From Tubulanus polymorphus (taxonomy: Eukaryota > Animalia > Nemertea), in contig NC_134030.1 in NCBI RefSeq assembly GCF_964204645.1, forward strand, positions 22,962,210 through 23,026,209: a stretch of DNA of 64,000 nucleotides. Reading direction: 5' to 3'. The notes under the pieces are model-generated. The model was given only the letters and a program-made list of their open reading frames with translations, was not told the DNA's origin and did no database searches. Position numbers and translations under genes: made by a program. Positions 53,750-64,000 of the stretch are shown one piece after another (position 1 is the stretch's first letter; every line of letters starts with the position of its first letter).

Positions 53750-56700
53750 GTCTGTCTGCAGAGTTTCCAGAACCTGTCATGTCAGGTCTTAAGACCTGAC
53801 ATGACAGGTCTGACCTGTCATGTCAGGTCCCGAAAAAACCCAAACTCATGACAATATTTGACGAAACGGCGAACGAGACGAGAGTGCTAGACGAATGGAA
53901 GAACATTTTGAGTTGAATGAATATTCTGACCCGTCGTTAATATCGAAAATGATTCAACAATAACGATAAGGAAAATGTTCTGACAAATAATTCATTTGAA
54001 AGGTTGATTTATAAGAAGAAAATATTTATGTGTAAACTATGACTTATTTCTGTATTTAAGGGAAAAAAATAAGTTTTAATTTAGTAGATGAATTAATTAA
54101 TGTAGAAGTAAGAGCACATTATAAGAGAATATTTTCGCTAGATGAATCGAGGTCTTGATATTTCGTTTCCGCAATAAGACACTGAAAATTATCTGCTCAC
54201 TATATCACAGTTCAGCAACACTCCTCACTGTCATCAGTCATGAAGTCTCACTATTTATATTCATTGTCTTTATGATGTACATGTAAAAGAGCCGAATGCA
54301 ATATAGAAACTGATTTTATTGAGACTGATTTTAAATCTACTCATCAATTTAAAGCATGAAGTTTTTTTTCAATTTATACCAGTTTTAATGCAGACCTGTC
54401 ACCTCAGGTCCCGAGAAGCTCTGCAAAATGGCGCGAGCTGCCGTGTGAGGTCTCACTTCATAATTATTGTTTTATAGTAACTTAAGATTACCTATATCCA
54501 TGGTTAGCAATTTATATTATACTCTTTACTATAAAGAGACCATAAAAAATAAAGTTTTCCTTCATTTCATCAGTTTTAATGCAGACCTGTCACCACAGGT
54601 CCCGAAGGCTCTGCAAAATGGCGCGAGCTGCCGTGTGAGGTCTCGCTTCAAAATTATTGTTTTATAGTAACTTAAGATTAACTATATCCATGTTTAGCAA
54701 TCTATATTATACTCTTTACTATAAAGAGACCATAAAAATTAAAGTTTTCCTTCATTTCATCAGTTTTAATGCAGACCTGTCACCACAGGTCCCGAGAAGA
54801 CTCTGCAAAATGGCGCGAGCTGCCGTGTGAGGTCTCGCTTCAAAATTATTGTTTTATAGTAACTTAAGATTACCTATATCCATGGTTAGCAATTTATATT
54901 ATATTCATTACTATAAAGATACCATAAAAAGTGAAGTTTTTTCCATTTCATCAGTTTTAATGCAGACCTGTCACCACAGGTCCCGAAGGCTCTGCAAAAT
55001 GGCGCGAGCTGCCGTGTGAGGTCTTGCTTCAAAATTATTGTTTTATAGTAACTTAAGATTACCTATATCCATGGTTAGCAATTTATATTATATTCATTGC
55101 TATAAAGAGACCATGAAAATTAAAGTTTTCCTTCATTTCATCAGTTTTAATGCAGACCTGTCACCACAGGTCCCGAGAAGCTCGGCAAAATGGCGCGAGC
55201 TGCCGTGTGAGGTCTCGCTTCATAATTATTGTTTTATAGTAACTTAAGATTAACTATATCCATGGTTAGCAATTTATATTATATTCATTGCTATAAAGGG
55301 CCATAAAAATTAAAGTTTTCCTTCATTTCATCAGTTTTAACGCAGACCTGTCACCACAGGTCCCGAGAAGCTCTGCAAAATGGCGCGAGCTGCCGTGTGA
55401 GGTCTCGCTTCAAAATTATTGTTTTATAGTAACTTAAGATTACCTATATCCATGGTTAGCAATTTATATTATATTCATTGCTATAAAGAGACCATAAAAA
55501 TTAAAGTTTTCCTTCATTTCATCAGTTTTAATGCAGACCTGTCACCACAGGTCCCGAAGGCTCTGCAAAATGGCGCGAGCTGCCGTGTGAGGTCTCGCTT
55601 CAAAATTATTGTTTTATAGTAACTTAAGATTACCTATATACATGGTTAGCAATTTATATTATATTCATTACTATAAAGATACCATAAAAAGTGAAGTTTT
55701 TTCCATTTCATCAGTTTTAATGCAGACCTGTCACCACAGGTCCCGAAGACTCTGCAAAATGGCGCGAGCTGCCGTGTGAGGTCTCGCTTCAAAATTATTG
55801 TTTTATAGTAACTTAAGATTACCTATATCCATGGTTAGCAATTTATATTATATTCATTGCTATAAAGAGACCATGAAAATTAAAGTTTTCCTTCATTTCA
55901 TCAGTTTTAATGCAGACCTGTCACCACAGGTCCCGAGAAGCTCGGCAAAATGGCGCGAGCTGCCGTGTGAGGTCTCGCTTCATAATTATTGTTTTATAGT
56001 AACTTAAGATTAACTATATCCATGGTTAGCAATTTATATTATATTCATTGCTATAAAGAGACCATAAAAATTAAAGTTTTCCTTCATTTCATCAGTTTTA
56101 ACGCAGACCTGTCACCACAGGTCCCGAGAAGCTCTGCAAAATGGCGCGAGCTGCCGTGTGAGGTCTCGCTTCAAAATTATTGTTTTATAGTAACTTAAGA
56201 TTACCTATATCCATGGTTAGCAATTTATATTATATTCATTGCTATAAAGAGACCATAAAAATTAAAGTTTTCCTTCATTTCATCAGTTTTAATGCAGACC
56301 TGTCACCACAGGTCCCGAAGGCTCTGCAAAATGGCGCGAGCTGCCGTGTGAGGTCTCGCTTCAAAATTATTGTTTTATAGTAACTTAAGATTACCTATAT
56401 ACATGGTTAGCAATTTATATTATATTCATTACTATAAAGATACCATAAAAAGTGAAGTTTTTTCCATTTCATCAGTTTTAATGCAGACCTGTCACCACAG
56501 GTCCCGAAGACTCTGCAAAATGGCGCGAGCTGCCGTGTGAGGTCTCGCTTCAAAATTATTGTTTTATAGTAACTTAAGATTACCTATATCCATGGTTAGC
56601 AATTTATATTATATTCATTGCTATAAAGAGACCATGAAAATTAAAGTTTTCCTTCATTTCATCAGTTTTAACGCAGACCTGTCACCACAGGTCCCGAGAA

Positions 56701-58483
56701 GCTCTGCAAAATGGCGCGAGCTGCCGTGTGAGGTCTCGCTTCAAAATTATTGTTTTATAGTAACTTAAGATTAACTATATCCATGGTTAGCAATTTATAT
56801 TATATTCATTGCTATAAAGAGACCATAAAAATTAAAGTTTTCCTTCATTTCATCAGTTTTAATGCAGACCTGTCACCACAGGTCCCGAAGGCTCTGCAAA
56901 ATGGCGCGAGCTGCCGTGTGAGGTCTCGCTTCAAAATTATTGTTTTATAGTAACTTAAGATTAACTATATCCATGGTTAGCAATTTATATTATATTCATT
57001 GCTATAAAGAGACCATAAAAATTAAAGTTTTCCTTCATTTCATCAGTTTTAATGCAGACCTGTCACCACAGGTCCCGAAGGCTCTGCAAAATGGCGCGAG
57101 CTGCCGTGTGAGGTCTCGCTTCAAAATTATTGTTTTATAGTAACTTAAGATTAACTATATCCATGGTTAGCAATTTATATTATACTCTTTACTATAAAGA
57201 GACCATAAAAAATAAAGTTTTCCTTCATTTCATCAGTTTTAATGCAGACCTGTCACCACAGGTCCCGAAGGCGCTGCAAAATGGCGCGAGCTGCCGTGTG
57301 AGGTCTCGCTTCATAATCATTGTTTTATAGTAACTTAAGATTAACTATATACATGGTTAGCAATTTATATTATATTCATTACTATAAAGATACCATAAAA
57401 AGTGAAGTTTTTTCCATTTCATCAGTTTTAATGCAGACCTGTCACCACAGGTCCCGAAGACTCTGCAAAATGGCGCGAGCTGCCGTGTGAGGTCTTGCTT
57501 CAAAATTATTGTTTTATAGTAACTTAAGATTACCTATATCCATGGTTAGCAATTTATATTATATTCATTACTATAAAGATACCATAAAAAGTGAAGTTTT
57601 TTACATTTCATCAGTTTTAACGCAGACCTGTCACCACAGGTCTCGAGAAGCTCTGCAAAATGGCACGAGCTGCCGTGTGAGGTCTCGCTTCAAAATTATT
57701 GTTTTATAGTAACCTAAGATTAATTCTATCCATGGTTACCAATTTATATTATACTCTTTACTATAAAGAGACCATAAAAATTAAAGTTTTCCTTCATTTC
57801 ATCAGTTTTAATGCAGACCTGTCACCTCAGGTCCCGAAGCTCTGCAAAATGGCGCGCGTTGCCGTGTGAGGCCTAAACTAATTAATCAGTGTTATGTCTA
57901 ATTTATGTCAACTTATAAGCTTGGACTGAAATGTTTTTAAATTGTATGTACACTTGGTTAATTAATTATATTGCGAGTAATTAATAATAATATATAATAA
58001 TATAGGGCCTAATCTTAATGAGTGTTATTAATACTGATTATGATTACAAGGCACTACTGGTATCATTTTGCCTGATCTTGATATTTTTATGTTTCGTGTT
58101 ACAAAAAAATAAATTAATTGTAAACAATTCGTTCAATGTTCTCCAATAATTCACAATCATTCCATCTTTATTATTATAAGGCGATATAGTTCAACAACTT
58201 TTTATAAACGGACAAACATAAATTCTTAAATGAATTTATAACACATCATAGTTTGTTTTTTGTTTTTGAATAATATATTCAGAAAGCACTACGATATGTT
58301 CTTTGTGTTCTTATCGGCTATGATTTGTTGTAAATCCGCGCCTATCATATCTTCTAATCGCCTATCATCGGTTCAGTCATAACGATTTTCATTTTAGCGA
58401 ATCGACCTGTCACCTGAGGTCCCACCTGTCATGTCAGGTCTTGGGCCCTGACATGACAGGTTCTGGAAACTCTGCAGACAGAC
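53750..58483. mobile_element. Non-autonomous TIR element (4.7 kb) enclosing a 190-bp satellite
   Basis: Perfect 37-bp inverted repeats GTCTGTCTGCAGAGTTTCCAGAACCTGTCATGTCAGG at 53750-53786 and 58447-58483, extending imperfectly to about 80 bp. No TSD and no transposase ORF seen. Confidence 0.75.
54380..57870. repeat. Satellite, about 190-bp unit, about 18 copies
   Basis: GCAGACCTGTCACCACAGGTCCCG...AAAATGGCGCGAGCTGCCGTGTGAGG recurs every 189-192 bp. Confidence 0.97.
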
Positions 58484-58511
58484 CTAAATGTAAAATAGGC
58501 GCTTAACTTAC

Positions 58512-58818
58512 CTCGATTTACGGTAACAAAATCGTCAAATTACTGGTTATTTCAACTTCGCGCCTCCATATTGATTTGATTTGATTGATTTCCATAGATC
58601 GTACGATGCTGCCACCTGTCGTCTCCTACAGGCACTACGACTAACCATGTTCGAATCCCGATATTTCAATTCTACTTCAAAATTATTTTCCTACGAAATC
58701 GATCGGCTTTTTTTCCCAAACATAAGAATAAATGTCATTTTTACCCGTGAATCAGATTCATTGATAGCAGCAGAGGAAAAATATCGATTCGATTGACTGA
58801 CGTCCTGTGCAGTCAGCC
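58512..58818. promoter_or_regulatory. Probable bidirectional promoter between a non-coding GCNA first exon (-) and the polycystin-like gene (+)
   Basis: Consensus minus-strand donor GAG|GTAAGT at 58512/58511 with a matching acceptor at 53068. The polycystin-like ATG is at 58819. Confidence 0.45.
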
Positions 58819-61800
58819 ATGAATGACCGAGAGGGCCGCAGCGGCACGGCACCAATTTCAAAAATGTTCAGTCAATCATCGCGACTGTTCTGGTACCGAT
58901 CAAACGAAACTGATACGCAAAATACATCGCAATTTATCCCGTTGAACTCGTATATAACTGATGCAGATGGATCGAAAAGTGATGCGGTAGATTTAACCCG
59001 ATTACAACCGACGGAAAACGAGCATCTTATCAGTCATTATTCGCACCACGTCGCATCTTCAGACCGGCGCCGCGGTTCTACTCGTTACAGAGCCTTACTG
59101 TTTCCAGCATTACTTTCTATTGCTGTATTTATGTGTCTTATATTTGTTATAGGTAATTCATTATAAAACAAGTCACAAGCCTCAAATTCTTCGTAATCCA
59201 CGCAGCCACACTTTGATTTTGAAGCCAAAAGCCCATCATCCGATCCATAAGCCAGGCCCCTCTAGGCTATTATAAAACAAACAAACTATAAAAAGGCCCC
59301 CTATTAGGACTGGAGGACAAAGTTAGGCCTAACGTTACGTATTCTAAATGGATTTACTATAAGTATATATTTAAAAATTCATAGAATTTAAATATATTGA
59401 CAAAACATGAGAAATCTATCAATCTTAGAGGTTAATAGTCCTGGTTTATTTTTGTCTGGGATTCAGATTTTGGGGGATATTAAGCTTGGACGACTGCATA
59501 GTTTCACTGGTTATAATATGATGACAAATTTGAGATTATGATAAAGCAGCTACCCCTAGTAGGGTTGAGTTGAGTAGACTGTGAGACCCCCTAAAATGGA
59601 TTAGCCTAAATACAAGTGTTCTAATTCATTGATTAAGTATTGAAAAAACTAGTGAACCTTTCCTTTTGTCTGGGATCCAGTCTTTGGACTGCACGCAGTG
59701 TCACTGGTCGGATATGATGACAAATTTGAGATTTAAAATATCCCAAAATTGATCCCTGGCAAAAAACATTAATCAGAAAGTTGAGATGCTATTTATGGTT
59801 TTTTGTTTTTCAGCGCAGGATATAAAAACCAGCGACGCGTCGATCCCAACTACTGACGTCATTCCTACGACAAACAGCAGCGGTACAAACCAGTCTTATC
59901 AGAATCCAGCTCACTACAGTCGACAACTGCGGTTTATCATCATCAGAGATAAGATAATCACTGCTCCTGAGGATAATCCTCCTCTACTTACCCCGCTTAC
60001 TTATCAAGTGAATAACTACTGCGTTATAGCGATATCAGCGATATTAATGGCTGCATTCACTGCTTCGTTGATTAAACTGTTTATCAGATATTTCAACATC
60101 GACTCTCAGGTAAGAGACTGGGCTCCCGGGTTGAGGGGTTTCGGCACCAGGGGGCGCTGCGTTAGTCCCTCGTAAATTGATGCTCGTCCTTAAATTTCAG
60201 TCTTCAATTCTACACATCCCGAAAACATCAGAAAGCGACACCTATCCGTACGTTGTAGAACTACAGACAGGATGGAGAATAGGTAATTATAGCAATCATT
60301 GCAGCAGACATGTCAAATGATCAACCCGCACTGACTGTGTGTTTATTTATATACAGGTAGCGCCACCTCGTGTGGAATCAGCGTACTATTATCCGGTAGT
60401 GAAGCGACCAGTGCGTTGTATGATTTGAGTAAATCAGTCCTGCGCCAGAACCGAAACCGCATTTTATTCAAAACCGCCGCAACTGATATGTTCCTAGTTT
60501 GGACGAAAGGTAATTAGTGTTCAATTAATTAGTGTTTGATCAATTAGCGTTCATCATAACCATCTAAACTGCAGTGCGGTGTATAAATCAGTGATGGACT
60601 TTGTTGGTACATCGCACCACGGTGTATTTATCCTGTAAAATATAAGTAACTAAACCGCACCACGATGCACTATTAAAGCAGTATGCCTCCCGTTATTCAA
60701 CACACAAGGGATGGAATTTTCAAATCATCTGAATTCAGCAGGGTTTAATAAGTGTTTAATTAGTGTTTAATTAGTCATCTTGCGAAGGTAATTGTAATAT
60801 TGTGTTTAATGTGTTTTGTAGAATGTCTCGGAGATGTCGTCAATTTAGAAATACATCAAAAAGGATTCGACACTTGGTAAGAAACGTCTTTTACATTTCT
60901 CTCCTCTCTTACTATATTCTTCTCTCCACCAGGCTGCGGACTGATGGGCTGCGGGCTGATGGGCTGCGGGCTGCAGGCTGAGGGGCTACAGGCTGAGGAC
61001 TGATGGGCCGCTGGCTGATGGGCTGTGGGCTGCAGACTGATGGGCTGTTTGACTGCGGACTGATGGGCTGCAGACTGATGGCCTGCAGGCTGATGGGCTG
61101 CGGACTGACGGGCTGCAGAGGGGCTGATGGGCTGCGGGTCGATGATATGGTTTGATAATGCTGTATTGATTATTTACAGGTATATAGATCGTGTAATGGT
61201 GTATGATATCGTCACCGGTCGTTGTTATAAAGCACAAGTTAATCACTGGTTAGAATCAATAGGTGGCAGCACTCAACGACACGATATACCCCTGTCTTCA
61301 GCGGAAAACAATCGCGATATGAAATACAGGTTAGTTCTCAAACACCAGTGGCTCCCCCTGTCTCACTGCTGAGTGGAACCTACAGTGGCTCCCCCTGTCT
61401 CACTGCTGAGTGGAACCTACAGTGGCTCCCCCTGTCTCACTGCTGAGTGGAACCTACAGTGGCTCCCCCTGTCTCACTGCTGAGTGGAACCTACAGTGGC
61501 TCCCCCTGTCTCACTGCTGGAGCCTACAGTGGCTCCCCTTGCCTCACTGCTGAGTGGAACCTACAGTGGCTCCCCCTGTCTCACTGCTGAAGCCTACAAT
61601 GGCTCCCCCTGTCTCACTGCTGAGTGGAACCTACAGTGGCTCCCCCTGTGTCACGTACAGTGTTATATAATTTCAGTGAATATTTTTGGAGTCATTACAC
61701 AAATCTTCACTTGTGGCTTGGTTTAATTAAAAGACGAGACCACTATTCACCGACATACTCATCAATCGTCAATCTACAGCTGTGTTTGTGTCAGATCAGT

Positions 61801-63682
61801 TACGTCTGCGCCGTCGTCACCTTACTCACTTCACTCTACCGTCAGCCGTCAGATGGCGCCACCGATGACATCACAGATGACTCGTTTGATGTGAAATGTA
61901 GCTATGTCGTCGGTTCAGCCATTTTTGCGTCAGTTCTAACTTGGACAATTGAATTATTCGCTAGAAAGATACGACTTCCTCAACAGGTAGGCGGTTACCT
62001 GCTAGGGGGGGCTATCTGGGTCTCCTGCTGGGGGGGGGCTATCCGGGTCTCCTTCTAGGCGGGGGGATGTCTGCAGTCTGGGAGAACAATCCAAAAATGA
62101 ATGACTGAGACCAAGAATAATGAAATGCTGCTGTTTTGATTGATTTTTAAAGATATTTAAAAAGTCTGAAATTATTTTATAGGTTTTGAATATGACGAAA
62201 AATTGGATGATCGGATTCTTGAAAGTTGAGGAAATAAAGGATGAGGATGAATTGACATCAGAGGAAAATGAAGAGGTCATCAATGAATGCGACGCCGATG
62301 AGAATGAAGAGGAAACGATCACGCGATCTGATCACCCGGAGGAAACGATCACGCGATCTGATCACCCAGAGGAAATGATCACGCGATCTGAGAATCCTGA
62401 TCGTTCTGTGATCGTGAATCAACAGGAATCAGTGATACTAGCTAAGGTGAATCAACTAGATTCAATCGGGAATATGTCTACAACTGATACTGGAGGAATC
62501 AGTGATTCACAAGGAATCGAACGAAGAAGTCAAGATTCATTCGGAAGTAAGAAAGTTCTCACTGGAAGTTTATCCGAACATTCATCAGTGATACATGCTG
62601 AACCGAGTAGGGGTTTATTCACATGCTGCACGGGCAGGCAAAATACTCAAGGTCAAGTGGAAATGCCTGAGGATAATCCACCGGAAATATCGTCGTCAGA
62701 ATCGAGAACAGAACAAAAACAAATATCAGTAGAGAATGTTTGCATAGACAGAGAAGAGAGATTGGAGAGAGTGGAGAAAGAGAGAGTGGAGAGAGAAGAG
62801 ATAGAGGAGAGAGTGGAGAGTGCAGGAGAGAAGGAGACCACTGGATCTGTAGCTGACTCCTCGGATGACAATATTAAACCGGTTAAAGAATTTTCACAGA
62901 AAGACGAAAACCTTCAGAAATTGAGAAATATCAAATTAGAAACGAATCCTGGTGGAGGATTGTGCTGTGCTGGAGGTCATAAAACACACACAGCACAGCA
63001 GCAGCAGCAGCACCAGCACCAGCAGCAGCAGCAGCACCAGCAGCAGCAGGAGCAGCAGCAGCAGCACCAGCAGCAGCACCAGCAGCACAGCTCATCGAGA
63101 AGTCTGAAGTTTTGGAAAGCTCCAGATGCGTCAATTGATGAACATCAATTTGGTAATCTAGAAACTGGTGAAAATGTAGGAGATCTAGAAACTGGTGAAC
63201 ACGTAGGAGATCTAGAAACTGGTAAAAATGTAGGAGATCTAGAAACTGGTGATAATGCAGGAGATCTAGAAACTGGTGATAATGTAGGAGATCTAGAAAC
63301 TGGTGATAATGCAGGAGATCTAGAAACTGGTGATAATGCAGGAGATCTAGAAACTGGTGATAATGTAGGAGATCTAGAAACTGGTGATAATGCAGGAGAT
63401 CTAGAAACTGGTGATAATGTAGGAGATCTAGAAACTGGTGATAATGTAGGAGATCTAGAAACTGATAAATCAGATAAGATTCTGCAGCATCTAGAATCAT
63501 TGAATACTAATATAAACGCCAATACATCGGACTCTGAGGAAGAGGGGAGCAGCGAGGGGAGTGATGATGAATTACCGTATCCATGGAAACTATATGCACC
63601 GACAACAATGAAACACTATCGGTCAATTAAAGGACCGATATCGAAACATAGTTACAGCAAAAATCAGAAACGTGAGCCGACC

Positions 63683-63727
<45 letters not shown>

Positions 63728-64000
63728 CAGGCTGAGACCCAACAGGTCCGTGGTGGACCCAGTTACCAGCAGCAGAGTTATGAAGCTAGGAGTAATGTAT
63801 ATCAGCTGGGATCAGGTCTCATTTCCCCGCACACTTTTACTAGGGTTGAAAACTTCACAAATATGGATGAAATGATTCAAGAATTTCGACCCCAAAAAAT
63901 CAAAAGCGATAAAAATAGAAACTCATCGTCTTTCATCATTCCCAAAATGGACGCTCGAACTAACAGTAACTGTCGACGAGTTCTCAATAGAATGAAGAGG
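58819..64000 (+). CDS. Polycystin-1-like (PKD1L/PKDREJ family) PLAT-domain membrane protein, 5' part, running off the window. Exons 58819-59152, 59814-60109, 60201-60282, 60357-60509, 60822-60876, 61180-61329, 61677-61986, 62183->64000
   Basis: A TM helix followed by PLAT motifs YVVELQTGWRIGSATSCGISVLLSG, FKTAATDMFLV, LGDVVNLEI, WYIDRVMVYD..TG..Y....HWL. Then HLWLGL, two more TMs and a long acidic/polyQ loop open to the window end. Splice phases are consistent. Confidence 0.8.
61345..61650. repeat. About 37-bp intronic tandem repeat, about 8 copies
   Basis: CAGTGGCTCCCCCTGTCTCACTGCTGAGTGGAACCTA. Confidence 0.92.

Noticed and set aside
54467-57709. Repeated 66-69 aa ORFs (MFYSNL...)
   Set aside because: They start at TTG and shift frame between satellite copies, so they are not coding.
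58512-58569. Coding first exon for GCNA
   Set aside because: The phase fits, but the ATG frame has TGA and TAA stops; at most it is 5' UTR with a tiny uORF.
62931-63522. Minus-strand repeat ORFs
   Set aside because: They are antisense shadows of the + strand polycystin-like exon.

Overview
Repeat-rich genomic DNA from an invertebrate metazoan (GT-AG introns, microsatellites, MITEs; no prokaryotic features). Bases 1-31,400 are mostly non-coding and filled with tandem arrays. One of these arrays (69-bp unit, 23381-24735) consists of 19 head-to-tail minimal type I hammerhead ribozymes. Bases 31,400-64,000 hold three spliced host genes: a 9-exon SLC34 Na/phosphate cotransporter (-), GCNA/ACRC (-), and the 5' part of a polycystin-1-like PLAT gene (+) with no visible large ectodomain. 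Two passengers are nested in SLC34 introns. The first is a gene with an intronless CDS for a secreted protein that fuses three dermatopontin repeats to a putative aerolysin/ETX-type pore-forming domain, broken by a 4-bp duplication. The second is a 4.87-kb Merlin (IS1595-like) transposon with TIRs and an 8-bp TSD, carrying a frameshifted DDE transposase and a divergent, intact, spliced DUF3987/MCM-like AAA+ ATPase gene. A 4.7-kb TIR-bounded element containing a 190-bp satellite lies 5' of the GCNA coding exons. All calls come from manual reading; no database searches were run.
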